Assembly (NCBI RefSeq): GCF_028368995.1
Contig: NZ_JAQNDL010000002.1
Span: forward strand, 224,001 to 288,000
From: Nannocystis bainbridge
GTDB taxonomy: Bacteria > Myxococcota_A > Polyangia > Nannocystales > Nannocystaceae
Length of the DNA stretch: 64,000 bases
Direction: 5' to 3'
The notes under the pieces were generated by a model, which was not told the DNA's origin, made no database searches, and saw nothing but the letters and a program-made list of their open reading frames with translations. This document shows positions 19,001 to 28,415 of this stretch, piece by piece (positions within the stretch are counted from its first letter, which is position 1; each line of letters opens with the position of its first letter). The translations under genes were made by a program, and so were the position numbers.

Positions 19001-22000
19001 CCGAGGAGGCCGCCGAGGCCGAGGGCCGCGCGGTGACGAAGGAGCAGCAGGCGCTCTACAAGGACCTGCTGCAGTCCCGGGCCGTCGCGCTGCGCGACGA
19101 CCTGCAGCAGTTCGACGACGCCGAGGTCGCGTTCGCCGAGCTGCTCGACCGCGACGAGGCGCACGAGGCCGCCTACCACGCGCTCGACGAGCTGCTGAAC
19201 CGCCGCGACGCCCACGGCGAGCTGCTCAAGCTGTACCGCCGCCGCGCCGACATCATCATCGACGCCGGCGAGCAGAAGCGCCTGCTCGAGCGGATCATCG
19301 CCATCGCCCGCGACGTGCTGAACGACCGCGAGGTAGCGACCCGCACCGCCGAGGAGCTGCTCGACCTCGTGCCGGAGGACCTCGGCGCCGTCGCCACGCT
19401 GGCCGGCATGTACGAGTTCAGCGAGCGCCAGGACGATCACTACGCGCTCGAGGAGCTGCTCGGCCGCTGGGCCGAGCGCGTCGACAGCGACGCCGAGCGC
19501 CACGATCTGGCCAGCCGGCGCGCCGGGCTGCGCATGGACAAGCTGGGCGACGCCTACGGCGCCGTCGAGCTGCTGCAAGGAGTGATCGCGGCCGACCCGG
19601 GCCACGAGCACGCGCGCCGGCTGCTCGAGCGCCTGCTCGACAACCCCGACGTCCAGCTGCAGGTCGCCAACCTGCTCGAGCCGATCTACGACGCGCTCAA
19701 GGATCACGGCGCGCAGGTCAGGGTGCTGCGCGTGCGCCGGGCCCAGGCCGAGAAGCTCGGCTCGACCGACGCCGCGACCGCCCTCCTCCTCGAGATCGCC
19801 CGCATCGAAGAGAACGAGCTCGGCGACTCCGAGGCCGCGTTCGCGGCGGTGCGCGAGGCGTACCTGCTCGACCCGCGCCGCGCCGACGCGCGCACCGAGC
19901 TGCAGCGCCTCGGCGTCGAGCTCGAGAAGCAGCGCGAGCTCGTCGAGGTGTGGCAGCAGGCGCTGGCCAAGCTGCCCGACAACAACTCGAAGATCGAGCT
20001 GCTGTCGCGCATCGCGGTGGTGCTCGACGCCCACCTCGACGACCGCGACGGCGCGCGCTCGGCCTACGCCGAGCTGCTGGCGCTCGAGCCGGCCGACGTC
20101 GACCTGGCCAAGCGGGCGACGCTGGCGCTGACGCGGCTGCACCGCGCGGCGGGCGACGCCAAGGCGCTGGTCGAGGGCCTGCGCGGGCTGCTGCGCTACA
20201 TCGACAAGGACGCCGAGCAGGTCCGGATCCTGCTCGAGATCGCGGAGCTGCACGCCGACAAGCTCGAGGACCCGAAGGGCGCCGCGGCGACCTACGTCGA
20301 GGTCCTCGACATCGACCCGGGCAACTTCCAGGCGCTCGACGCCCTCGAGCGGATCTACGTCGATGGCGGCGAGTGGGAGTCGCTGTGTCGCGTGCTGCGT
20401 CAGCGCGTGATGAGCACCGACGACCCGTTCGAGCAGGCCCGCCTGTGGCGCAAGGTCGGCGAGATCCAGCGCGACCACCTGAGCGATCCGCACCAGGCGA
20501 TCGAGGCGTTCCAGTGGATTGTCGACCTCGCCGTCGCGCCCAAGGAGACGCAGGCCGCGCTCGACGCGATCGTCCGCCTCAACCTCGAGCTCGAGCGCTG
20601 GCCCGACGCGGAGGAGGGGCTGCGCCGTCTGATCGCCCTCGCCACCGACGACGAGCGCAAGGCCGAGCTGCTCGGCCGCGCCGCCGAGGTCGTCGGCGAA
20701 AAGCTCGGCCGCTACGCCGACGCCACCGACCTGCTCGAAGAGGTGCTGCGCCTCGACCCGCGCGACCAGCGGGCCCGCGCCACCCTGACCGAGTACCTCG
20801 CGCGCGACGAGATCCGCGACCGCGTGATCGCGGTGCTGTATCCGCTCTACGAGTCGGAGCAGAACTGGCGCGCGCTGCTCGACCTCGAGGAGCGGCAGGC
20901 CCGGCACCAGCCGGCCGGGCGTCATCGCATGCTCGCGCTCTTGCAGGTCGCGCGCACCCACGAGGAGCGGCTGTCCGATCCGGGCCGCTCGTTCGAGGTG
21001 CTGATCGACGCGCTGGCCGAGGCCGGCGAGCAGGAGGAGATCGTCGAGGTCCTCGACCGCATCGATCGCCTCGGCAACGAGCTCGGCCGCCACGAGGCGG
21101 TCCACGACGCTTACCTGCAGCACGTCGACAACGTCAGCAGCTCGGCGGTGGCCCACCGCATGCTCGCGTCGATCGGCAACATCGCCCGCGTGCTCGGCCG
21201 CAACGCCTCGGCCCGCCGGGCCTTCGAGCGCCTGTTCGAGGCCAGCCCCGTCGACATCGCCGCCGCCGAGGCGCTCGAGCAGGTGCTGGTCGAGGAGAAC
21301 GACTACGCGGCGCTGGCCGAGCTGCTGGTCCGTCGGGCCCAGCGCAGCGACAGCGACCTGGTGCGCGACGCCTTCTTGATCCGCGCCGCGGAGCTGCACC
21401 GCACGAAGCTCGACCGCCTCGAGGACGCGATCGACCTGTACCAAAAGACATCCGCGACCGCGCAGCGCGGCGACGAGGTGCAGGCGGTGCTCGGGCCGCT
21501 GTACGAGCGGACCGAGCGCTGGGCCGATCTGACCGAGTTCCTGCGCCGGCGGCTCGAGGGCCTGTCGGGGCGCGAGCTGGTCGAGACCCACCTGCGCCTG
21601 GCCCAGCTCTACCGCGAGCAGCTCGGCGACCTGAGCGAGGGCCTGCGGCAGTTCGCCGAGGCGCTCAAGGCCGACCCCGACTACGTCGTCGGCACCGAGC
21701 AGCTCGCGCGCTACCTGGCCGACGAGGACCTGCGCCCGCAGGTCATCGCTCAGCTCGAGCCGGTCTTCACCGCCGTCGGCGACTGGCCGCGCCTGATCCA
21801 CATCCAGGAGCTACGCCTGCTCGAGGCCGGCGACGACCCCCACGCCCGCATCCCGATCCTCCTGAAGATCGCCCGGATCTACGAGGACCAGATGGAGACG
21901 CCCGAGGGCGCCTTCACCACCGCCGGCCGCGCGTTCGCCGAGGCGCCGACCGACGGCAGCGTGCGCGAGCTGCTGGCCCGCCTGGCCCACGTGCTGAACC

Positions 22001-25000
22001 GGGTCGAGGAGCTCGCCAACCTCTACACCAAGTACGTCGAGGACAACGCGAGCGACGAGGGCGACGAGACGCTGGCGATCGTGCGCGAGGCGGCCGAGCT
22101 GTGGTCGGTCGCGCTCGGTCAGCCGCGCCGCGCGGTGCCGCTGTACCAGCGGCTCATCGAGGCCCGCCCCGACGATCGCACGGTGTTCCCGGCGCTCGAG
22201 GTGGCGTTGACGCAGGCCGAGATGTACGCCGAGCTGGCGGCGGCTTACTGGCACGAGGCCGACACCTCGCTCGACGAGGAGCGTCAGCTCGAGGTGCTGC
22301 AGCGCCTGGCCGAGCTGTCGCTCGGGATCCTCGACGACCCCGATCAGGCGATCCGCGCCTACCGCCGCGTGCTCGAAGCCCAGCCCGATCACGAGGCGGC
22401 GCGCTCGCGGCTCGAGCGGGTCTACGCCCAGCGCGAGCGCTGGGACGACCTCATCGAGCTGTTGCGCGAGCGGCTGGTCCGCACCGAGTCGCCGGGCGAG
22501 CGCGAGGTGGTGCTGCTCAACGTCGCCGACCTGCAGGAGCAGCAGCTCGGCAGCGTCGACGCGGCGCTCGACACCGTCGAATTGCTGCTCAGCGAGCAGC
22601 CGGGCAACGCCGGCGCGGTCGGCTCGCTCGAGCGCATGGCCGAGGGCCACGAGGGCCAGCGGGTGCGCATCTTCGGGGTGCTGCGGCCGATCTACGAGCT
22701 CACCGGCAACACCATGCGCCTCATCGCGGTCGACGAGTGGCAGCTGACGCAGACGGAGGATCCGGCGCAGCGCCACCAGATCTACCGCGAGATCGCGGCC
22801 TACTACGGCGGCCTCGATCAGGGCCAGGCGTACGCGTTCCGCACGCTGGCGCGCGCGCTGGCCGAGCCGGGTCCGGCGGGGGCGATCGAGTCGCTCGACG
22901 CCGAAATCCAGCAGATCGCCCGCGCCCACGGCTGGCTCGACGAGCTGCGCCAGGCGCTGCTGATGGCCGCCGAGTCGGCGACGCTGCAGTCCGACGCCGA
23001 CCGCCGGGTCGCGCTCGAGCTGCAGGCCGCGCAGATCGCCATCGACATCGGCGACTTCGACGGCGCCGCCCGTACTTTGCGACATGCCCTCGAGGTCATG
23101 CCCGATCAGCCAGAAGTGCTCGCGCTCCTCGACGAGGCGCTGGCGGGCCTGGCCGACTTCGAGGGCCTGCGCGGGGTGCTCGAGCGGCGGGTCGCCGTCG
23201 CCGAGGACGACGAGGATCGCATCGGCCTGCTGCGCCGCCTGGCGCGCCTGGTCGAGGAGGGCCTCGGCCAGCCCGAGACGGCCGAGGCCGTGTGGCAGCG
23301 GATCCTCGACATCGAGCCGGGCAGCACCGACGCGATGAACCGCCTGCGCCGGCTGTACGCGGCCCGCGGCGCCTACGACCTGCTGATAGCGATCATCGGC
23401 CAGCAGATCGACTCGGCCGACGATCCGGCGACCCGCACGGCGCTGCGCAAGGAGCTGGCGCGGATCCACCGCGAGGCCCGGTCCGACCGCGACAGCGAGA
23501 TCGAGACGCTGCGCGCGCTGCTGCTCGACGCGCCCGAGGACGACGAGGCGCTGGCGATGCTGGCCCAGGGCCTGCTCGCGCAGGACCGTCACCGCGAGGC
23601 GGGCGACGTCATCATCGAGCGCGCCGCGATCGCGCCGAGCCGCGAGCGCCGGGTCGTCCTGCTGCTCGAGGTGGCGCGGCTGCACATCGGCCCGCTCGGC
23701 GACGCCGTCGGGGCGATGGCTCACTACGAGTCGGTGTTCCAGGTGACGCCGGGGCACCCCGAGGCGATCGGCGACCTGATGCGGCTGGTCCGCGACAAGG
23801 CCAGCTCCGACGCCGCGGCGGCGCTGATCATCCCGCAGCTCGAGCAGAGCGGGCGCTGGGCCGACCTCGCCGAGGTCTACAAGGCCCGCTCCGAGCTGAC
23901 CGACGATCCGTCCGAGGCCGCCGAGGCGCTGCGCCAACTGGCGAGGATCCGCTACGAGCGGCTCAACGACCCGCGAGGCAGCCTCGAGGCGTCGAACCTG
24001 CTGCTCGACCGGGTCGCCGCCGACGAGATGCGGCCGGTCCTCGAGTACACGGCGCGCCTGTCTGTCCTTTTGGACAGGGCCGAGGAGCACGTCGAGTCGC
24101 TGGCGCGACGGGCCGCGGTCGAGTCGCTCGACCCGGCGGCGCGCCTGCTGGTCGCCCAGGCCGCGGCCGGGGTGGCCGAGGAGATCCTCGGCGACCGCGC
24201 CCGCGCGCTCGGGCTGCTGGCGGCGATGCTCGACGCGGGGATCGCCGACGAGGCGACCGCGCGGCACATCGAGCGCCTGGCCCGCGCCGGCGGTGAGAAG
24301 CGCCTGCTGGCCCGGGCCCTGCGCGAGTCGGCCAAGCTGGCCCTCGGCCAGTCCGGCCGCGCCGACATCCTGGTGCGGCTCGGCGACGCCGAGTTCGACA
24401 CCGGCGAGCTGACCGGCGCGACCGAGGCCTACCGCGACGCGCTCGACGAGCGACCCGGCTTCGCCGGCGCCGTGGCCGGGCTCGAGCGAGTGCTCGACCG
24501 GCTGCAGAAGACCGGCGGCGAGGTCGGTCAAGGGCTCATCGAGCCGCTCGAGAACTCGTACCACCTGGCCGGCAACCGGCCGGGCCTGGCCAAGCTGGCG
24601 CGGCTGCGCCTGCAGAGCGCGACCGGGGCCGACCGCGCCGCCGCGCTCGAGAACCTCGGCCGCCTGGTCGACGAGGGCGGCGGTTCGCCGGACGAGGCGC
24701 TCGAGGCGTGGGGCAACCTGCTGCAGATCGACGGGGCGCACCCGCTGGCGATCGAGCGGGTGGTCGCGCTGTCCGCCAACAAGCAGCTGCTGATCAAGGC
24801 GGTCCAGTTCATGGCCGGGGCGATCGACGCTGCCCGCGAGGAGCAGCGCTCGTGCAGCCAGCTGTGCATCGAGACCACCAAGATCCTGCTGCGTGACCTG
24901 CGGCAGTACACCGCGGCCCTGCGCGCCCTGGCGCCGGTGCTGGCCGAGAACCCCGACAACCTCGAGGCGCTCGAGCTGCAGATCATGGCCTCGCGCGCGG

Positions 25001-26739
25001 CCGGCGATCTGCCGATCCTCCACGACTCGCTGGTCCGCTACGCGACGCTGGCGAGCAACCCCGACCTGTCGATCCCGCTGCTGCAGGAGGCCGCCAACGT
25101 CGCCGAGGCTCAGGCCGACCCGATCACGGCGATCATCGACCTGCGGGCGCTGCTCGACTTCGATCAGAGCCACGAGCAGGCGTGGGCGCGGCTGCTGCAA
25201 CTTCTCGAGGCGACCCAGGATCAGCCTGGTCTCATCGCCGCGCTCGATCAGCGGATCAGCATCACCGCCGACGAGAACGAGCGCCGCGGCCTCCGGCTCA
25301 AGCTGGCGCACCTGCAGGTCGAGGTCGGCAAGGTCGACGACGCCGTCACGATCTACAACGACATGCTCGGGGCCAGGCCCGACGACCTGCAGGCGATGCA
25401 GGAGCTCGAGAACCTGCAGCGCCGGCTCGGCAACTGGCGCGAGGTCCGGGACGTGCTCGAGCGCAAGCTCGACCTGCTGCAGGCGGGCCAGCGCGTGCCG
25501 GTGCTCGAGGAGATGGCGGTGCTGTCGGAGGAGAAGCTCGGCGACGTCGACGAGGCGATCGAGCGCCACCAGCGGCTGCTGCTCGAGGCGCCGCGGCACA
25601 CGCCGAGCCTGGTCGCGCTGTGGCGGCTGTACGAGGGCGCCGAGAAGTGGGAGGACCTGTCCCACCTGCTCGAGCAGTTCCTCGCGGTCCTGCGCGAGGT
25701 CGGCGGCGTCGATCAGCGGCGCGAGGTCGGCCTGCGGCTGGCCGAGCTTTACTCGGAGCGCCTCGGCGAGGCCGAGAAGGCGCGCGCCCTGCTCGAGGAG
25801 CTGCTGCAGACCGACCCCAACTCGGTGCCGGCGCTGATGGCCCTGGCCGCGGTCGAGGAGCAGCAGGGCAACGAAGAGGCGATGCAGGAGCTGCTGCAGC
25901 GCGCCGCCGGCCTCCAGCCGCAAGGCACGGTCGGCGCCGATCTGCAGCTGCGCCTGGCGCGGCTGGCCGGCACGCCGGAGAAGACGCGCGAGCACCTCGA
26001 GATGGCGCTCCACCTGCACCCGGCCAACGTCGAGGCGGCCCGCACCCTGCTCGAGCTCAGCCGCAAGGAGGGCTACTGGGAGCAGGTCGCGTACCTGCTG
26101 GCGCTGCTCGCCAGCCTCGCGGAGGGCGACGAGCAGCGCAAGCTGATCATCGAGCGCGTCGACCTCCTGGTCGAGAAGGTCGGCGACGTCGAGGAGGCCC
26201 TGCGCGCGCTGGCGCCGGTCTACGAGGTCGTCCAGGACGACATCGAGATCAACCGCCGGATCGCCGACGCGCTGTTCGTCAGCGGCCGCTTCGAGGACGC
26301 GAGCGGCATGTACGCGTGGCTGGTGCAGGTCGCGTCGGCGCAGCCGAAGAAGACCAAGCTGCTCGCGCACTACCAGACGCGCATGGCCCGGATCGCCCTG
26401 GCCAGCGAGACGCCGGACATGAAGGCCGCCCTCGACAAGCTCAAGGACGCCTACAAGATCGACACCACCAACGCCGAGACGATGGTGCTGCTCACCGACG
26501 TCTACGCCCACCAGAACGCGTGGGACGACTCGCTCAAGCTGGCCCGCGCGATGCTGCTGCAGAACGTCGACCAGTCGGGCATGGTCCGCCGCGGCGACAT
26601 CTACCTCCGCCTCGCCAACGCGCACCTGGGGCTGAAGGAGACGTCGAAGGCGCTGTCGATGCTGCGCCGCGGCCTCGAGGAGGACCCGGAGCACCCGGAT
26701 CTCGGCAACAAGATCCGGGAGATCCAGGCCGCCTCCTGA
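16048..26739 (+). CDS. Giant TPR protein (~3560 aa), AgmK/GltI-like
   Basis: 10.7-kb GC3-biased ORF of repeated units such as ALERLY...W..L..L and A..Y..IL..DP. Size and repeat style resemble the Myxococcus gliding protein AgmK/GltI; orthology not proven. Confidence 0.85.
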   Translation: MSELRSVLFQFLTQPSDPARRSELAASLASVDLATARAEAKQDPGSGDAAAKVVGRMILDGASNEEVVEVAKLAAQKAPREGAGNDVALLAGVVVWRLSNQATQAEPYFRRVRRNEPANPQILAFYREMFSADADASQLMQVLVQARRSLKKEDTDQRFALAHEMADLAEKKLGSIDRAIEVWRSVLREDGYDPRAAKALERLYREGQKWTALVELLKEEFDRVQDRPENRDERIGRLLEIAELYRDQLRLDAMALSMLQRILEINPRHAATIKALADTYGASGRWNDLLTVYGRLLDAARAEKDVPRQIDMLRRVSSIWVDQLDNTSKGMEPLHEALRLGPDDRETRDALARIHELRKDWRALIDLRRDELAGASGERACELRIALARIAEDKLNDRAEAIAGWREVLAQHGEVEEAFVALIDLYEREGRWSEATDILRRQIDAAAAPVRKVELLGRLAHLQADRLGQPEAAIETWAAVARLDPSHHEASEALRAAYVAAGRWDDLVALYDAQGRLGDVLDVLYAAAEQLTDEDPRIALYQRIAGLAQGRLGAAERGLEALERVLALRPGDLAVARELLPIYREQGSWHRMLATYEVLLAGVSDDDDRLELLAVMRDIALQKLSDPKLALQWAARAYELRPTDGVLRAGLEAAAGRADGWSELSAIYERRIAAADCDNGERLELLDKLATIARERLGEPLEAQRFFRQILDLDPANKVAHAALEEIYTATSRWADLAGVFLIRLSVTRENNVRLPLLRRVGALQEHKVGDLDAAIETYREIVGIAAGDGEALDALTRLYRARGRWAELAEVLQRRLDSGEFRGEQIPVLFELSQLHATRLLDSQKAIAGFLQILAVEPDHLPTIDALEVLRRADPSSALAIMRGLLPYYRSIHDHGREAEAMEVITMAEPDAATRASGLSSLAALYSQMEGRRADALRVRRELFVMNPEDAELRGEVERTGRELQRMDLVAGAYGQILQNMRRAEEAAEAEGRAVTKEQQALYKDLLQSRAVALRDDLQQFDDAEVAFAELLDRDEAHEAAYHALDELLNRRDAHGELLKLYRRRADIIIDAGEQKRLLERIIAIARDVLNDREVATRTAEELLDLVPEDLGAVATLAGMYEFSERQDDHYALEELLGRWAERVDSDAERHDLASRRAGLRMDKLGDAYGAVELLQGVIAADPGHEHARRLLERLLDNPDVQLQVANLLEPIYDALKDHGAQVRVLRVRRAQAEKLGSTDAATALLLEIARIEENELGDSEAAFAAVREAYLLDPRRADARTELQRLGVELEKQRELVEVWQQALAKLPDNNSKIELLSRIAVVLDAHLDDRDGARSAYAELLALEPADVDLAKRATLALTRLHRAAGDAKALVEGLRGLLRYIDKDAEQVRILLEIAELHADKLEDPKGAAATYVEVLDIDPGNFQALDALERIYVDGGEWESLCRVLRQRVMSTDDPFEQARLWRKVGEIQRDHLSDPHQAIEAFQWIVDLAVAPKETQAALDAIVRLNLELERWPDAEEGLRRLIALATDDERKAELLGRAAEVVGEKLGRYADATDLLEEVLRLDPRDQRARATLTEYLARDEIRDRVIAVLYPLYESEQNWRALLDLEERQARHQPAGRHRMLALLQVARTHEERLSDPGRSFEVLIDALAEAGEQEEIVEVLDRIDRLGNELGRHEAVHDAYLQHVDNVSSSAVAHRMLASIGNIARVLGRNASARRAFERLFEASPVDIAAAEALEQVLVEENDYAALAELLVRRAQRSDSDLVRDAFLIRAAELHRTKLDRLEDAIDLYQKTSATAQRGDEVQAVLGPLYERTERWADLTEFLRRRLEGLSGRELVETHLRLAQLYREQLGDLSEGLRQFAEALKADPDYVVGTEQLARYLADEDLRPQVIAQLEPVFTAVGDWPRLIHIQELRLLEAGDDPHARIPILLKIARIYEDQMETPEGAFTTAGRAFAEAPTDGSVRELLARLAHVLNRVEELANLYTKYVEDNASDEGDETLAIVREAAELWSVALGQPRRAVPLYQRLIEARPDDRTVFPALEVALTQAEMYAELAAAYWHEADTSLDEERQLEVLQRLAELSLGILDDPDQAIRAYRRVLEAQPDHEAARSRLERVYAQRERWDDLIELLRERLVRTESPGEREVVLLNVADLQEQQLGSVDAALDTVELLLSEQPGNAGAVGSLERMAEGHEGQRVRIFGVLRPIYELTGNTMRLIAVDEWQLTQTEDPAQRHQIYREIAAYYGGLDQGQAYAFRTLARALAEPGPAGAIESLDAEIQQIARAHGWLDELRQALLMAAESATLQSDADRRVALELQAAQIAIDIGDFDGAARTLRHALEVMPDQPEVLALLDEALAGLADFEGLRGVLERRVAVAEDDEDRIGLLRRLARLVEEGLGQPETAEAVWQRILDIEPGSTDAMNRLRRLYAARGAYDLLIAIIGQQIDSADDPATRTALRKELARIHREARSDRDSEIETLRALLLDAPEDDEALAMLAQGLLAQDRHREAGDVIIERAAIAPSRERRVVLLLEVARLHIGPLGDAVGAMAHYESVFQVTPGHPEAIGDLMRLVRDKASSDAAAALIIPQLEQSGRWADLAEVYKARSELTDDPSEAAEALRQLARIRYERLNDPRGSLEASNLLLDRVAADEMRPVLEYTARLSVLLDRAEEHVESLARRAAVESLDPAARLLVAQAAAGVAEEILGDRARALGLLAAMLDAGIADEATARHIERLARAGGEKRLLARALRESAKLALGQSGRADILVRLGDAEFDTGELTGATEAYRDALDERPGFAGAVAGLERVLDRLQKTGGEVGQGLIEPLENSYHLAGNRPGLAKLARLRLQSATGADRAAALENLGRLVDEGGGSPDEALEAWGNLLQIDGAHPLAIERVVALSANKQLLIKAVQFMAGAIDAAREEQRSCSQLCIETTKILLRDLRQYTAALRALAPVLAENPDNLEALELQIMASRAAGDLPILHDSLVRYATLASNPDLSIPLLQEAANVAEAQADPITAIIDLRALLDFDQSHEQAWARLLQLLEATQDQPGLIAALDQRISITADENERRGLRLKLAHLQVEVGKVDDAVTIYNDMLGARPDDLQAMQELENLQRRLGNWREVRDVLERKLDLLQAGQRVPVLEEMAVLSEEKLGDVDEAIERHQRLLLEAPRHTPSLVALWRLYEGAEKWEDLSHLLEQFLAVLREVGGVDQRREVGLRLAELYSERLGEAEKARALLEELLQTDPNSVPALMALAAVEEQQGNEEAMQELLQRAAGLQPQGTVGADLQLRLARLAGTPEKTREHLEMALHLHPANVEAARTLLELSRKEGYWEQVAYLLALLASLAEGDEQRKLIIERVDLLVEKVGDVEEALRALAPVYEVVQDDIEINRRIADALFVSGRFEDASGMYAWLVQVASAQPKKTKLLAHYQTRMARIALASETPDMKAALDKLKDAYKIDTTNAETMVLLTDVYAHQNAWDDSLKLARAMLLQNVDQSGMVRRGDIYLRLANAHLGLKETSKALSMLRRGLEEDPEHPDLGNKIREIQAAS

Positions 26740-26746
26740 GCCGCGC

Positions 26747-26783
26747 CGGGCGACGGGCTGCTCGCCCGTCGCCCGTGTCTTTT
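26747..26783 (+). terminator. Intrinsic terminator after giant TPR gene
   Basis: CGGGCGACGGGC-tgctc-GCCCGTCGCCCG 12-bp stem followed by TGTCTTTT. Confidence 0.75.
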
Positions 26784-26845
26784 CGGACAGGTCTCCAAGC
26801 ACAGGTTCGAGAGGACAGGAACCAAGGGACATGCCCGTAAGGATC
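26776..26845. repeat. 14-bp-phased GGACATGTCC-like array
   Basis: GGACA-like half-sites at 26785, 26799, 26813, 26827, 26841; the ycaO ATG lies inside one unit. Confidence 0.8.
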
Positions 26846-28057
26846 GGCGACCACGACCTCGCCGCGCCCAAGGGCCACACGGCCGGGACGCACCGCACGC
26901 GCAGCCCGGCCGCGACGCTGGCGGCGTTCGGCCCGCTGATGCCGCGGCTCGGGATCACCCGGCTCGCCGACGTCACCGGGCTCGACGTCGTCGGCGTGCC
27001 GGTGGTCCAGGCGGTGCGCCCCAACGCGCGCTCGGTCAGCGTGTCACAGGGCAAGGGGGCCGACCGCGACGCCGCGGCCGCGTCGGCGCTGATGGAGGCG
27101 ATCGAGGGCTGGCACGGCGAGCGGGTGGCGGCGCCGCTGCGGTGGGAGCGAGCGGCGGCGCTGCGGCGCGAGGGCGAGGCGGTCGTCGACCTGCACGGGC
27201 TGCCGCGCCGCGAGGGCGCCGAGGTGCGCGAAGACCTGCCGCTGCTGTGGTGCCTCGGCTGGGACCTGCTGGCGCAGCGGCCGACGTGGGTGCCGCACGC
27301 GTGCGTGAGCGTCGATTTCGTGCGCGACCCACGCGAGCCGCTGCCGCCGTTCATCGAGAGCACCAGCGGCCTGGCGTCCGGCAATCACCTGCTCGAGGCG
27401 GTGGTGCACGCGCTGTGTGAGCTGATCGAGCGCGACGCGACGGCCCTGGCGCCGCTCGAGATCGACGACGCGCGCCGCGTCGACCTCGAGGTGGTGACCG
27501 ACCCGAGCTGCCGCGAGGTGCTGGCGCGCCTGGCGGCGGCGGAGCTGGTGGTCGGCGCCGTCGAGGTCACCTCCGACCTCGGCGTGCCGAGCTACGCCTG
27601 CCGGATCGTCGACCGCCCCGGGGCGCCGCGCTGGGCCGCGCGCGGGGCCTGCGGCGGCTACGGGGCCCACCTCGATCCGGCGGTCGCGCTGCTGCGCGCG
27701 CTGACCGAGGCGGTCCAGAGCCGGCTGACGCTGATCGCCGGCAGCCGTGACGACCTGTCCCTCAAGACATACGAGGCGTTCACCGATCCGCAGGCCAGCG
27801 CCGACGAGGCCGCGGCGCTGACCCGGGCGCGTCCGCGGCGTGCGCTCGGCCCGAGCCTGGCGACCGACAGCTTCGACGGCGACCTCGAGCTGCTGCTCGC
27901 CCGCGTGCGCGCGGCGGGCTGCCCGGCGGCGGTGGTGGTCGATCTGACGCGGGCCGAGATCGGGGTGCCGGTGGCGCGGGTGGTGGTACCAGGCCTCGAG
28001 GGCAGGTTCGCGGGCATGGCCCCGGGGTCGCGAGCGCTGGCGCGAGCGGGCCGCTGA
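26831..28057 (+). CDS. ycaO: YcaO-family protein, TfuA-associated (thioamide-forming) type
   Basis: GITRLADVTGLD, SVSQGKG, MEAIE, SGLASGNHLLEAVVHALCELIERDA, ALTEAVQSRLTLIAGSRDD, VVVPGLE; no C-terminal PxPxP. Confidence 0.93.
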   Translation: MPVRIGDHDLAAPKGHTAGTHRTRSPAATLAAFGPLMPRLGITRLADVTGLDVVGVPVVQAVRPNARSVSVSQGKGADRDAAAASALMEAIEGWHGERVAAPLRWERAAALRREGEAVVDLHGLPRREGAEVREDLPLLWCLGWDLLAQRPTWVPHACVSVDFVRDPREPLPPFIESTSGLASGNHLLEAVVHALCELIERDATALAPLEIDDARRVDLEVVTDPSCREVLARLAAAELVVGAVEVTSDLGVPSYACRIVDRPGAPRWAARGACGGYGAHLDPAVALLRALTEAVQSRLTLIAGSRDDLSLKTYEAFTDPQASADEAAALTRARPRRALGPSLATDSFDGDLELLLARVRAAGCPAAVVVDLTRAEIGVPVARVVVPGLEGRFAGMAPGSRALARAGR

Positions 28058-28237
28058 GAGCATGTCCGAAAGGACATGTCTTTTAAAATTGCGGTGGGCG
28101 CGAGCATGTGTCTCGAGGGACATGTTCGAAGGCGGGGTCGGGCATGTCTCGAGGGATATGTTCGAAGAGACATGTGATTCGGGCGACTGGCGGTCGCAAT
28201 CAGGTGTCCATCGGGACATGGTTGAAAGGACAGATAA
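28058..28237. repeat. Cluster of 14-bp-phased GGACATGTCC-like arrays
   Basis: Units at 28058/28072; 28104/28118; 28140/28154/28168; 28200/28214/28228. Confidence 0.85.
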
Positions 28238-28415
28238 CAGGACGACGGAGCTGGCCGCTCGGGTGCAGGACAAACCGCGAGCGCCGGGCGATCGCGGGGC
28301 CGGAGCGACGGGAGGCCGGTCGCGCGAGCCCCGATCGCCGGGGCCGCTGCGGACGCGACTCTGGCGGGGCGCTTCGGCGCGTGCGCGGCGGCGGCGGAGC
28401 GGGTACCTTGTCGGC

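Noticed and set aside
15982-27384. Very long antisense and alternate-frame ORFs (1939, 1857, 1448 aa; likewise 5965-10293, 33470-37099, 37063-40392)
   Set aside because: Shadow ORFs expected from extreme GC3 bias; they overlap well-supported genes and lack domain motifs.
28062-28415. N-terminal extension of the ECF sigma factor (and the 20-aa extension of TfuA from 32919)
   Set aside because: The upstream ATGs come from CATG in the motif arrays; homology begins at 28416 and 32979.
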